DNA of 64,000 bases, from positions 2,591 through 66,590 of the forward strand of contig CABZHD010000006.1 of NCBI GenBank assembly GCA_902525435.1. The letters are read 5' to 3'. Each line of letters begins with the position of its first letter. Position 1 is the stretch's first letter. Under the pieces are notes generated by a model that was not told where the DNA came from, made no database searches, and saw nothing but the letters and a program-made list of their open reading frames with translations. This stretch comes from an uncultured SAR86 cluster bacterium (GTDB lineage Bacteria > Pseudomonadota > Gammaproteobacteria > Magnimaribacterales > AG-339-G14). Shown here piece by piece: positions 36,638 to 46,689 of the stretch. Made by a program: the position numbers and the translations under genes.

Positions 36638-37977
36638 TGTTAAAAACCCTTTTGAAATTTTTTAACAGATCGACAATTGCAGCTCCAGTGCGAAATCGCA
36701 ATATGATGGGTTTTGCAGATAAACAGGCTTTTCTTGATCAAAGACTAAAAGCTGAAGAAACAAGAGCTAAAGAAAATCGTCCTCATGAAGTTTTATATTT
36801 TCATAAAGTTGACGATCCCTACTCGTATTTAACTGCATCTTATGCAGGAGAAATAAGCAAAAGATTTAACGTTGAAGTTACCCCAATATTAGTTGGCGAT
36901 GATGTCTCTGAGACAGTTCATGAACCCAGCATGTATGACGTTCATTGTTTGAATGATGCAAAAAGAATTGGACCGTATTACGACGTGCATTATCACAAAG
37001 ATACCTATCCAGATAATAAACTCGTTCAGCAAGCTAATTCTGTTTTAATCAAAAGCGATAAAAAAAAATTCATTCAAAATGCCCTAGAAATTGCCAAGGT
37101 TATGTGGGGAGATAAAAATGAAGTATCCAACGAACTGTCAAATAATGAATTATCGGACACAGAAATTCAAAAAGCTCTTAAAGAAGGAAACACACTACGA
37201 GATAAAGTCGGCTATTATTTTGGATCCGCCTTTCATTACGAAGGAGAAAATTATTGGGGCCTCGATAGACTCAATCATCTAGAAGATAGGCTGATAGATC
37301 TTAGATTAAATAAAGAAAATCTTAACGACTACATTATTTCACCTGCATTAACTGCCCCTGCTGATATTACTTCAGAAAAAAAATTGAATTTACATTTTTT
37401 TCCATCTTTAAATAGTCCCTACACTTATGTGAGCATTAATAGAACAAGAGATTTTGCGGCTAAATATAATTTAAATCTCATTACGCGCCCTGTCCTTCCT
37501 ATGCTGATGAGAGAAATGTATATTCCTTTATATAAGGCCAAATACATAATTTCTGATGCGGCTAGAGAAGGAAGAAGGTATGAGCAAGAGATTGATAAAA
37601 TTTATTCGCCTCTTGGTCAACCAGCCAGAAGAGCTTATTCTCTCTTTCCGATTATTGATTCTTTAGGAAAAGGTTTTGAGTACATAGCTCTATTGATGGA
37701 TGCTTCTTTTAATCAAGGAATTAACATAGGTGAGATTGATAAATTGAAAGCTATAGCTGAAAAGTTAAATATTAACTGGGAGGAGTTGGAGCCTCATCTT
37801 GATACAGAAGAATGGAAAAAAGTGTTATCGGATAATCTTAAAGATATGTATTCAGGTAACTGCTGGGGAGTGCCAAGTTATAAATTAACTAATGAAGATG
37901 GCTCAAATCCTTTTTATGTATGGGGTCAAGATAGAATCTGGCTTTTAAAAGAAGAAGCCTACATGCGTCTTTCATAA
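36637..37977 (+). CDS. Tandem DsbA-like / 2-hydroxychromene-2-carboxylate isomerase family protein
   Basis: 446 aa with two copies of the HCCA-isomerase-type N-terminal motif (FHKVDDPYSYL and FFPSLNSPYTYV). It is start/stop coupled (TAATG) to the FATP gene. Confidence 0.55.
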   Translation: MLKTLLKFFNRSTIAAPVRNRNMMGFADKQAFLDQRLKAEETRAKENRPHEVLYFHKVDDPYSYLTASYAGEISKRFNVEVTPILVGDDVSETVHEPSMYDVHCLNDAKRIGPYYDVHYHKDTYPDNKLVQQANSVLIKSDKKKFIQNALEIAKVMWGDKNEVSNELSNNELSDTEIQKALKEGNTLRDKVGYYFGSAFHYEGENYWGLDRLNHLEDRLIDLRLNKENLNDYIISPALTAPADITSEKKLNLHFFPSLNSPYTYVSINRTRDFAAKYNLNLITRPVLPMLMREMYIPLYKAKYIISDAAREGRRYEQEIDKIYSPLGQPARRAYSLFPIIDSLGKGFEYIALLMDASFNQGINIGEIDKLKAIAEKLNINWEELEPHLDTEEWKKVLSDNLKDMYSGNCWGVPSYKLTNEDGSNPFYVWGQDRIWLLKEEAYMRLS

Positions 37978-37981
37978 AGTC

Positions 37982-38119
37982 GTGCCTACAGAAAAGAAAA
38001 AATCCAAAAAAAATCCAGTCGCAAAAAATCTCTATAAATTTAATAAACCAAAGGTTTTTAAAGATAAAAGTAAATACAATAGAAAAAAAACTATTAAGGA
38101 AGATGAATCTACACAATGA
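37982..38119 (+). CDS. Candidate small Lys-rich protein, ArfA-like (unannotated, 45 codons)
   Basis: My translation is (M/V)PTEKKKSKKNPVAKNLYKFNKPKVFKDKSKYNRKKTIKEDESTQ*. The frame is open for 57 codons (37949-38119) in AT-rich DNA. The segment FNKPKVFKDKSKYNRKK resembles the ArfA core [21 protein letters not shown] as I remember it. It has a GTG start and no clear RBS. Confidence 0.3.
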   Translation: MPTEKKKSKKNPVAKNLYKFNKPKVFKDKSKYNRKKTIKEDESTQ

Positions 38120-39068
38120 CATTTTAGAAAGCATAGGAAATACTCCTATGGTTAAAGTCAATAATATTGATACTGGAAAATGTGACCTTTTATTAAAATT
38201 GGAAAATCAAAATCCAGGAGGCTCTATCAAGGATAGAGTTGGGAAAAGCATAATAGAATCTGCAGAAGAACACGGTCTTTTGAAACCCGGAGGAACAATT
38301 ATTGAATGTACTGCGGGAAATACAGGCTTGGGATTAGCTCTTCCTGCAATTTTGAAGGGATATAAACTGATTTTAGTTATCCCAGATAAGATGAGCAAAG
38401 AAAAATTAGCTCATCTAGAAGCAATGGGAATTGAGATCATTCTAACTCGCTCAGATGTTCAAAAAGGAGACCCGGAGTATTACACTGAAGTTGCAGCAAA
38501 ATTAGTTGAGGATATACCAAATTCTTTTTTTGCAAATCAATTCTCTAATCCTGCAAATCCATACATACACGAAACAACAACTGGGCCGGAAATATGGGAT
38601 CAAACAAATCAAAAAGTAGATGCATTTGTTGCTGGCGTTGGTACTGGTGGAACAATCAGCGGAATAGGAAGATATTTAAAAAGTCAGAATCCAGATATAG
38701 ATATCATTGTTGCTGATCCAGAAGGTTCTGTTGTTGCAGATGCTGTAAATCATGGAACTTTCGAATATTCTGGTGGACAGTGGCTAGTTGAAGGAATTGG
38801 TGAGGATTACATTCCGGATAATCTGGATTTAAGCATTATTGATGAAGGTATCTATGTTTCAGATAAAGAAGCTTTTGAAATGGTTAATCTTCTTTTAAGA
38901 AAGGAAGGTATACTAGCCGGCTCTTCTTGCGGGACTCTTGTGAAAGCAGCTGTAGATTACTGTAAGAGACAGAAAAGTCACAAAACTGTAGTTTCTTTAA
39001 TTTGTGATACTGGAAATAAATATTTATCTAAGGCTTTTAATAATGCTTGGTTAAGTGAGAATTTATAA
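38103..39068 (+). CDS. Cystathionine beta-synthase / cysteine synthase family (MccA-like, no CBS-pair domains)
   Basis: 321 aa with IGNTPMV and the PLP-lysine context NPGGSIKDR, plus GTGGTISG. It is followed, start/stop coupled, by a gamma-lyase gene, as in mccA-mccB. Confidence 0.8.
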   Translation: MNLHNDILESIGNTPMVKVNNIDTGKCDLLLKLENQNPGGSIKDRVGKSIIESAEEHGLLKPGGTIIECTAGNTGLGLALPAILKGYKLILVIPDKMSKEKLAHLEAMGIEIILTRSDVQKGDPEYYTEVAAKLVEDIPNSFFANQFSNPANPYIHETTTGPEIWDQTNQKVDAFVAGVGTGGTISGIGRYLKSQNPDIDIIVADPEGSVVADAVNHGTFEYSGGQWLVEGIGEDYIPDNLDLSIIDEGIYVSDKEAFEMVNLLLRKEGILAGSSCGTLVKAAVDYCKRQKSHKTVVSLICDTGNKYLSKAFNNAWLSENL

Positions 39069-40228
39069 TGAAAAATAAAGATTTAGATTTTGAGACAAAA
39101 GCTATACATGTTGGTCAGGATCCTGATCCAGTAACAGGCGCAGTAATTCCACCAATATATACAACCTCCACTTATGCTCAGGAAAGTCCAGGAGAACACA
39201 AAGGATATGATTACTCTCGAACCTCCAATCCAACCCGACATGCTTTTGAGGTTTGCGTAGCAAGTTTAGAGGAAGGCGAGAAAGCGCATGCTTTTTCTTC
39301 GGGTGTTGCTGCAATTTCAGCTTGTGTTGAGCTATTGCAACCTGGCGACCATATCATTGCAATGGACGATCTATACGGTGGAACCGTAAGACTCTTCAAT
39401 GAAATTAAAAGCATTTCTCAAGGTATTGAGATTTCGTATGTTGATATGTCGAAAGAGAAAAACATTGAAGCATCCATTAAACCTAATACAAAAATGCTGT
39501 TTGCAGAGACGCCTACTAATCCCCTATTAAAGATTATTGATCTTGAAAAGTTAGCTGATTTTGCAAGATCTAAAAATATCATTACCGTTGCAGACAATAC
39601 TTTTTGCTCGCCCTATATTCAAAGACCTCTCACAAAAGGTTTCGATTATGTAATCCATTCTGCAACAAAATACTTATGCGGTCATTCAGATGTCATCATG
39701 GGTGTTTTGGTAATGAAAGATGCTGAGTCAGATAATTCCAAAAGACTATCGAATATACACAATTCCTTGGGGCCCATAAGCAGTCCTTTTGATAGTTATC
39801 TTGCATTAAGGAGCCTCAAAACGCTTGCTCTTAGAATGGAAAGACATTCTTCAAATGCCGAAAAAATTGCTGATTTCTTAGAATCTCATCCTAAGATTTC
39901 TAAAGTTATTTATCCTGGCTTAGAAAGTCATCCTCAGCATTCTGTTGCTAAAAAACAGATGGATTTTTTTGGAGGAATGATATCTATAGAGATTAAAGAT
40001 GGGCTTAAGGCTTCTAAAAACTTTTTAGAAAAGACATCCCTTTTTACCCTCGCTGAAAGCCTGGGTGGAGTTGAGAGTTTAATTGAACATCCTGCTTTAA
40101 TGACTCATGCATCTATATCAAAAGAAGTTAGGGATCAGATTGGTATTACTGATGGACTGGTTAGATTATCGGTTGGAATTGAATCAGCAGATGATTTAAT
40201 AAACGATTTAGATAAAGCTTTAAATTAA
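39068..40228 (+). CDS. Cystathionine gamma-lyase/synthase family PLP enzyme (MccB-like)
   Basis: 386 aa with the Cys/Met-metabolism PLP motif HSATKYLCGHSDVIMG and C-terminal LAESLGGVESLIEHPA. Confidence 0.85.
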   Translation: MKNKDLDFETKAIHVGQDPDPVTGAVIPPIYTTSTYAQESPGEHKGYDYSRTSNPTRHAFEVCVASLEEGEKAHAFSSGVAAISACVELLQPGDHIIAMDDLYGGTVRLFNEIKSISQGIEISYVDMSKEKNIEASIKPNTKMLFAETPTNPLLKIIDLEKLADFARSKNIITVADNTFCSPYIQRPLTKGFDYVIHSATKYLCGHSDVIMGVLVMKDAESDNSKRLSNIHNSLGPISSPFDSYLALRSLKTLALRMERHSSNAEKIADFLESHPKISKVIYPGLESHPQHSVAKKQMDFFGGMISIEIKDGLKASKNFLEKTSLFTLAESLGGVESLIEHPALMTHASISKEVRDQIGITDGLVRLSVGIESADDLINDLDKALN

Positions 40229-41082
40229 TCAAAGACAACAGTTTTTTTATCGTTGATAAAAACCTTCCCTTCCAAATGCTTTTTTACGGCTCTTGTAAGA
40301 GTAATGGATTCAATATCCTGACCGATAAGCTCAAGTTCTTCTGGACTCTGCGAATGGTCAACTCTCTCAACAGTTTGCTCAATAATAGGTCCAGCATCTA
40401 ATTCTTCAGTAATGTAATGGGCCGTAGCGCCCATTATTTTCACTCCTTTTTCATATGCCTGTTTATAAGGTTTTGCTCCCTTAAAACTAGGTAAAAAAGA
40501 GTGGTGAATATTAATAACTTTACCTGAATATTTTGAACAGAAATCAGGTGAAAAAATTTGCATATATCTTGCCAAAATCATTAACTCGATATTGTTATCA
40601 TTAATTAATCCTTCAATTTCATCTTCAGCTTTTTCTCTTATTTCTGAATTATTTTTGATATAAAAGAAGGGAATTGAATAATTGTCTGCAATGGTTTTTA
40701 GATTTTCATGATTTGAAACGATCCCGCATACGTTCATTTTCAAAGAATCAATGCTATTTTTGTAAAGTAAGTCTTGTAGACAGTGCCCGTATTTAGAAAC
40801 AAAAATTAATGTATTCGGAGACGAGGGCTCATTTTCTAAAGTCCACTCCATCTTTAGATCACTACAGGCTTCATCAAAAGCATTCGAAAAATTAGAGAAT
40901 TCAATCTCTCCTTTGCTTGAGAATATTTTTAATCTCATGAAATAGCTTTTGGTTTCGGGATCACTAAAAAAAGAAGAGTCCATAATGAAAATATTCATAT
41001 CGTTTAAAGATGTCGAAACTTTGGCAACAATGCCATAAGCATCGGGACATTTGATTCTTAATATGTATGTTGTGTTTTTCAT
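40225..41082 (-). CDS. purU: Formyltetrahydrofolate deformylase
   Basis: 285 aa with an N-terminal ACT-like domain and a formyltransferase domain carrying INIHHSFLPSFKGAKPYKQA. Confidence 0.9.
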   Translation of the reverse strand: MKNTTYILRIKCPDAYGIVAKVSTSLNDMNIFIMDSSFFSDPETKSYFMRLKIFSSKGEIEFSNFSNAFDEACSDLKMEWTLENEPSSPNTLIFVSKYGHCLQDLLYKNSIDSLKMNVCGIVSNHENLKTIADNYSIPFFYIKNNSEIREKAEDEIEGLINDNNIELMILARYMQIFSPDFCSKYSGKVINIHHSFLPSFKGAKPYKQAYEKGVKIMGATAHYITEELDAGPIIEQTVERVDHSQSPEELELIGQDIESITLTRAVKKHLEGKVFINDKKTVVFD

Positions 41083-41171
41083 AATCTTCGCAGCCGCATA
41101 ATATAAAGCAAAAATAATACAAATAAAGACTAAATCTAATTAGAATAATAATTACAAAAAAAGGAGTTTAT

Positions 41172-42365
41172 ATGAATCTTGAATATGGTCCAGAATACGA
41201 AGACTTTCGAGCGGAAGTTATAGATTTTTGTAAGGAGTACGAAGGTATCTCTTTTGAAAATACATCAAGTAAAAATGTCTCTAGATCTGAATGGCAGAAG
41301 ATACTTATTGAGAAAGGCTTTATAGCAAGAGCCATTCCGAAAGAGTATGGTGGCTTTGGAGGCGAAACAGACATCATTAAAAGCAGAATCATTGCTACGG
41401 AATTTTCTAAGGCAAAAATTCCAGGAGGTATGGGCGGTCAAGGAATCGATATGCTAGTACCTACCCTGTTGGAATGGGGAACCGAGGAACAAAAACAACA
41501 ATACATTCAACCTACATTACACGGGGAAATGATTTGGTGTCAGGGATATTCTGAACCTAATGCCGGTTCAGATTTGGCAAGCTTACAGACTAAAGGTGAG
41601 CTTAAAGACGGTAATTGGGTCATAAATGGACAGAAAATTTGGACAAGTACAGCTCAATACTCACAGATGATGTTTTGCTTAGTTAGAACTGAACCACAAG
41701 CTCCAAAACACTCTGGCATAAGCTTTATATTAATTCCTATGGATACTCCAGGTATTGAAATTAGACCTTTAGTAGATATGACACTAAATGCTGGATTTAA
41801 TGAAGTTTTCTTTACTGATGTTACGGTTCCTGAGGGAAATATTGTAGGCAAAAGAGGAGACGGCTGGTCGGTAGCTAATTCTGTTCTAGGACATGAGAGA
41901 GGATCTTTAGCAGATCCTAATGCAACGATGAATAGACTTAACACCCTTATCAATATGATGAAAGAAGAGACTATCGATGGAAGAAGGTTGATAGATATCC
42001 CGTCGTATAGAGATCGTCTTATGCAAGTTCAGGGTAAAGTTATGGCTAATCAAGCTCACTCCTTGAGGTTGCTCTCTTCAAAAATTAATCCTGGTCAGAA
42101 TGTGAAATTAGGAGGCATGATTCAAAAACTAGTTGGTACAGAGCTTAGACATGAAATGGAGGCTTTAGCTATTGATGTGCTCGGTGAAATAGGAACCTTG
42201 TATGAGGAAACACCAAGATTAAAAGAAAATGGATCATTTCAATTTCATTACATGTATTTCCTTGGGCTGATAATTGGAGGAGGTACTAATCAAATACAGA
42301 AAAATATTATTTCTGAAAGAGGGCTTGGAATGCCTAAAGAACCAAAAGTACAAGAGGCTTCATAA
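41172..42365 (+). CDS. Acyl-CoA dehydrogenase family protein
   Basis: 397 aa with WCQGYSEPNAGSDL and a C-terminal GGGTNQIQKNIISER. RBS AAGGAG is upstream. Confidence 0.9.
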   Translation: MNLEYGPEYEDFRAEVIDFCKEYEGISFENTSSKNVSRSEWQKILIEKGFIARAIPKEYGGFGGETDIIKSRIIATEFSKAKIPGGMGGQGIDMLVPTLLEWGTEEQKQQYIQPTLHGEMIWCQGYSEPNAGSDLASLQTKGELKDGNWVINGQKIWTSTAQYSQMMFCLVRTEPQAPKHSGISFILIPMDTPGIEIRPLVDMTLNAGFNEVFFTDVTVPEGNIVGKRGDGWSVANSVLGHERGSLADPNATMNRLNTLINMMKEETIDGRRLIDIPSYRDRLMQVQGKVMANQAHSLRLLSSKINPGQNVKLGGMIQKLVGTELRHEMEALAIDVLGEIGTLYEETPRLKENGSFQFHYMYFLGLIIGGGTNQIQKNIISERGLGMPKEPKVQEAS

Positions 42366-43459
42366 TGTATTTCGGACTATCTGAAGAACAAAATCAGTTT
42401 CAAGACTACGTAAAAAAATTTTTATCAGATAACGTATCAGTAGATGAGATCCGAAAAATAGCCAACGGAGATGATCAAAAACTCCATGATGATATTAAAT
42501 CTGGCTTAATGAATCTTGGACTAAGCGGCTTATTAATTCCTGAAAATTATGGTGGCTTAGGCGGAGATTTATTATCTGCAGTGTCGATTTCACAAGGATT
42601 GGGGACTGGAGTAGGACCAATATCTTTTGCTGGATCTTACGTTATGACTCCTATTGCATTAAGTCTTGGCGGGAATGATGATCAAAAAGATAAATACCTA
42701 CCGAAAATTGCATCAAACGAAATTAAGTTTGGTGTTGGTCTCAGTGAATACGTTGCTGCAAGGGAAGATTCAGGTATTGAACTAAATAAAGGTAAAGCAT
42801 CAGGTAAAGCCCTTTTTGTGATAGATGGAGATGATGCAGATTTTTTTATTTTATCGGATAAGGGTGGAACCATGTTTATCGTTGATAAGAATGATAAAGG
42901 TCTTGAAGTCATTCAGCTAACTACAGTAGATAAAACAAGATTATATTTAGAGCTTAATCTTAAAAATGTTAAGGCAGAGGTGCTTCAAGAAACAGAAAAT
43001 AATCCTTTTATTATCCAGAAAGTGATAGATGCAGGAAGAATTATTCTCTCAGCAGACTCACTAGGTGCCTCTGAAACAATGATTGAGAAAGCGGTTTCCT
43101 ATGCAAAAGAAAGAAAGCAGTTCAATCGTGTAATAGGATCATTTCAAGCCGTAAAGCATATGTGTGCAGAGATGGCTGCTGATTTAGAGCCTTGTTACGC
43201 AATGCTATGGCAAGCAGCTCATTCTTTTGATCATGATCCTGATGAGGCTCGCTTGCAGGCTTGTCAGGCTAAATCACATATTGCTGAGGTAGCAAAAATG
43301 GTTTCTAAAAAAGCAACAGAAGTCCATGGAGGTATGGGATTTACTGATCTCTTGGGATTGCATTATTGGTTTAAGAGAATTGGATTAAACAGACAAATTC
43401 TTGGTGGTCCAGAGCTTGTTAGAGAGGAAGCTGCTGAATTACAAGGTTTTAATCAGTAA
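42365..43459 (+). CDS. Acyl-CoA dehydrogenase family protein (second subunit-like)
   Basis: 364 aa with an ACAD C-terminal domain (ERKQFNRVIGSFQAVKH, EVHGGMGFT). It is start/stop coupled (TAATG) to the upstream ACAD gene. Confidence 0.85.
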   Translation: MYFGLSEEQNQFQDYVKKFLSDNVSVDEIRKIANGDDQKLHDDIKSGLMNLGLSGLLIPENYGGLGGDLLSAVSISQGLGTGVGPISFAGSYVMTPIALSLGGNDDQKDKYLPKIASNEIKFGVGLSEYVAAREDSGIELNKGKASGKALFVIDGDDADFFILSDKGGTMFIVDKNDKGLEVIQLTTVDKTRLYLELNLKNVKAEVLQETENNPFIIQKVIDAGRIILSADSLGASETMIEKAVSYAKERKQFNRVIGSFQAVKHMCAEMAADLEPCYAMLWQAAHSFDHDPDEARLQACQAKSHIAEVAKMVSKKATEVHGGMGFTDLLGLHYWFKRIGLNRQILGGPELVREEAAELQGFNQ

Positions 43460-43462
43460 ACA

Positions 43463-44467
43463 TCAGATTGAATAAGCCTTTTTAGCGCAACAGTAAAACA
43501 TACTGTTTTTTTCATCTTCGCTAAAATTTTCTGAGATTTTTTTAAAAAAATTCCATAAGACATGGTAGGAAACAGATTGCTTATCAACTGGAAAATTACT
43601 CTCAAACATACATCTTGATGGCTCAAAAGATTCTATACATTCAAGATAATAGCGTTTTTGTCGTTCTACCATTTGGTCTGAAGTTGCCGGCATTTCTTGC
43701 TCATGAAATTTGAAGCCATTTACCGGCATGGCAAGCCCACCTAGCTTAGCTAGAACATTTGGCCTTTTAGAAAGCTCTTTTATATCTTTTTGCCAAACTT
43801 TAAAAATATCATCTTCCTTGCCCTCGTAAGGTCCTATTCCTATCGGCCCGCTAAAATGATTGAGAATGATTGTGAGGTTCTCATTTCTATCAGCAATTTC
43901 TGCAACCTGATTAATCTGATGATGATATTGCCACGCCTCAAAAACTAGGTCTTTCTCTCCAAGAATCTTAAGAGATTGATTAAAAACATCGCTTAAATAC
44001 ATGTCTTTTGATGGGCTATGATGAGAATTTCTCATGTTTTCATGCGGATCCCAGCCTCCAGCATGACGAATACCTTTAAATAAAGATTCTCCATATTGAA
44101 AATGTATATCTAAAACTTCATTAATACCATCTCCTAAAGTCATATCAGCGTGAGAAACTATTCCTGATATTTGTGATTTGGATGGTTCTTTTTTTGCCTC
44201 ATCAGCAATTTTTTTAACAAAAATTGTTTCCCCAATGGGTTTTAAATGCTCGGGACCGGTGGTAAGAAATTCTTGAGTGCACTCTATGAATACCGTGTGC
44301 TTTATATTGTGTCCCGATGAAGTATCGTCCCAAAGATCTTCTAGTAAATATTGAGATTCTCCAGGCCATAAATGATGATGAGGATCTATTATTGGCCTTT
44401 CAGCATCAATGATCTCTTCCGTATGTTGATTCAGCCATTCTGAATGACGATCAAGCAGATTACTCAT
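43463..44467 (-). CDS. Amidohydrolase-2 (ACMSD-like) family metal-dependent hydrolase
   Basis: 334 aa with the N-terminal IIDPHHHLW motif. There is a 1-nt overlap with the glcB stop. Confidence 0.75.
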   Translation of the reverse strand: MSNLLDRHSEWLNQHTEEIIDAERPIIDPHHHLWPGESQYLLEDLWDDTSSGHNIKHTVFIECTQEFLTTGPEHLKPIGETIFVKKIADEAKKEPSKSQISGIVSHADMTLGDGINEVLDIHFQYGESLFKGIRHAGGWDPHENMRNSHHSPSKDMYLSDVFNQSLKILGEKDLVFEAWQYHHQINQVAEIADRNENLTIILNHFSGPIGIGPYEGKEDDIFKVWQKDIKELSKRPNVLAKLGGLAMPVNGFKFHEQEMPATSDQMVERQKRYYLECIESFEPSRCMFESNFPVDKQSVSYHVLWNFFKKISENFSEDEKNSMFYCCAKKAYSI

Positions 44468-46626
44468 TAGCCGCTTAAAAACTCTTGTCTTTTTTCATGG
44501 AGAATAGGTTCTGTGTAACCGCTAGGCTGAACTCTTCCTTTAATAACTAGGTCGCATGCAGCTTTAAATGCTACGCCATCGAAACTAGGCGCCATATTTA
44601 CATATTCTGGATCACCAGCATTCTGCTCATCGACTACCAAGGCCATTTTTTTCATAGTCTCTATAACTTGTTCTTCAGAACAAAGTCCGTGATGAAGCCA
44701 ATTTGCCATGTGTTGACTGGATATTCTACAAGTTGCCCTATCCTCCATTAAACCTATGTTGTTGATATCAGGAACTTTAGAGCATCCAATTCCTTGATCA
44801 ATCCATCTGACAACGTAGCCTAATATCCCTTGAGCATTATTGTCTAATTCTGCCTGTATATCATCAGCTGAAAGCGACGATGCATCCTTCAATAAAGGAA
44901 TTGTTAAAATATCGTCAAGACTTGCCCTCTCTCTTTTTAATAAATCTGATTGTTCTGAGGAGACACTTATTTGATGATAGTGCATTGCGTGCAAAGTAGC
45001 TGCCGTAGGTGAAGGCACCCAAGCACAATTTGCTCCTGCTTTAGGATGCATGGTTTTGGTGTTAAACATATTTAACATCATATCGGGCATGGGCCACATA
45101 CCTTTACCAATTTGAGCTTTTCCCTTAAAGCCTGAAGATAAACCATTGTCTACGTTCCAATCCTCGTAAGATAAGATCCAAGGTTGCTGTTTCATTTCTG
45201 CCTTTCTTATCATTGGCCCAGCTTCCATACTTGTGTGAATCTCGTCACCTGTTCTATCTAAAAATCCAGTGTTGATAAAAATAACTCTTTCTTTTGCAAC
45301 TCTGATGCATTCTTTTAAATTTACCGTTGTCCTTCTCTCTTCATCCATTATCCCTATCTTCACGGTATTTTTTTCCAACCCAAGAGCGCTTTCAACATCG
45401 GAAAATAAATCGCAAGTAAACTGAACCTCTTCAGGGCCATGCATCTTAGGTTTTACGATATATATACTACCTGTCTTAGAATTCTGGACAGATCCAGTTT
45501 GATCTAAATCATGCTTACCAATCACGATTGTGAACATTGCATCGATAATTCCTTCGGGTATTTCTTTACCGTCTAGTAAAACCGCAGGATTAGTCATCAA
45601 GTGGCCAACATTTCTAACGAGCATTAGACTTCTAGCTGCAATAGTAATCGGTTTTCCATCTGGAGATAAGAAAGATAAATCTTCATTTAGACTTCTTGTA
45701 AGAGTTGACCCGCCCTTTTCGAAAGTTTCTGCAAGGGTTCCTTTCATTAGACCAAGCCAATTTTTATAAACATCAGTTTTATCTTCTCCATTCACAGCAG
45801 CAACAGAATCTTCTAGATCCTGAATAGTGGTTACGGCAGATTCTAAAAAAACGTCTTTAATCCCTGCAGGATCTGTGGAACCAACTGAATCATTTCTATC
45901 AATTTTGATTTCTACATGTAAATCATTATTTTTCAATAAAATGCTTTCGGGATTTGATTCATCACCTTTAAAACCTACAAATGCTGAAACATTTTTTAAT
46001 GAGGTTTTTGATTGATCTGATAAAGAAATTTCTAATTCTCCATTGGATATTTGGAACGAAACAACGTCTTGATATTTTCCTTCAGCCAAAGGAAGGTAAT
46101 CGTTTAAAAAGTTTTTTGAAAAATCGATAACTTTGTCACCTCTTACGGGATTGTAAGCACCTCCTCTATCAGCCCCATCATCTTCAGATATCATGTCCGT
46201 TCCATAAAGAGCATCATATAAGCTGCCCCACCTGGCATTAGCAGCATTTAAAGAAAATCGAGCGTTCATGACAGGGACTACTAATTGAGGACCGGCGATT
46301 TGAGCTATTTCTGCATCTACATTTGCAGTGGAAATTTCAAAGTCAGCGCCTTCTTCAATTAAATATCCTATATTTTTTAAAAAAGATTTATATGAATCGA
46401 AATCAAAGTCCTTATTAGATAAATGCCATTCATCTATTTTTGTTTGCAACTCTTCCCTTTTCTTTAATAGATCTTCATTGATAGGTATATATTTTTCTGC
46501 AATTTTTTGAAAATCTTGCCAGAATTTTGCAGTATCAAGGTTGAGATCGGGAGCAATTTCTTGCTCTAATAAAGCATGCAATGATGTGCTGATACTTAAT
46601 TTTCCTTCGTTAACTCTTTCAGTCAT
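44467..46626 (-). CDS. glcB: Malate synthase G
   Basis: About 719 aa counting from ATG 46626 ([12 protein letters not shown]...), which is preceded by AAAGAGGAG. It has MSG-typical segments ([32 protein letters not shown]). The track ORF adds 29 implausible residues. Confidence 0.95.
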   Translation of the reverse strand: MTERVNEGKLSISTSLHALLEQEIAPDLNLDTAKFWQDFQKIAEKYIPINEDLLKKREELQTKIDEWHLSNKDFDFDSYKSFLKNIGYLIEEGADFEISTANVDAEIAQIAGPQLVVPVMNARFSLNAANARWGSLYDALYGTDMISEDDGADRGGAYNPVRGDKVIDFSKNFLNDYLPLAEGKYQDVVSFQISNGELEISLSDQSKTSLKNVSAFVGFKGDESNPESILLKNNDLHVEIKIDRNDSVGSTDPAGIKDVFLESAVTTIQDLEDSVAAVNGEDKTDVYKNWLGLMKGTLAETFEKGGSTLTRSLNEDLSFLSPDGKPITIAARSLMLVRNVGHLMTNPAVLLDGKEIPEGIIDAMFTIVIGKHDLDQTGSVQNSKTGSIYIVKPKMHGPEEVQFTCDLFSDVESALGLEKNTVKIGIMDEERRTTVNLKECIRVAKERVIFINTGFLDRTGDEIHTSMEAGPMIRKAEMKQQPWILSYEDWNVDNGLSSGFKGKAQIGKGMWPMPDMMLNMFNTKTMHPKAGANCAWVPSPTAATLHAMHYHQISVSSEQSDLLKRERASLDDILTIPLLKDASSLSADDIQAELDNNAQGILGYVVRWIDQGIGCSKVPDINNIGLMEDRATCRISSQHMANWLHHGLCSEEQVIETMKKMALVVDEQNAGDPEYVNMAPSFDGVAFKAACDLVIKGRVQPSGYTEPILHEKRQEFLSG

Positions 46627-46689
46627 ATGCTCCTCTTTTTTAAATAGAAAAATTTCAGATTGTATTTTTTTACAATAAAATGTGCTTGT

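Noticed and set aside
37978-41171. Looked for riboswitches or leaders: SAM or Met-type upstream of the transsulfuration genes, and glycine or THF-type upstream of purU.
   Set aside because: The spacers are A-rich or AT-rich, with no paired helices or conserved cores that I can recognise. The first spacer is better explained by the small Lys-rich ORF.
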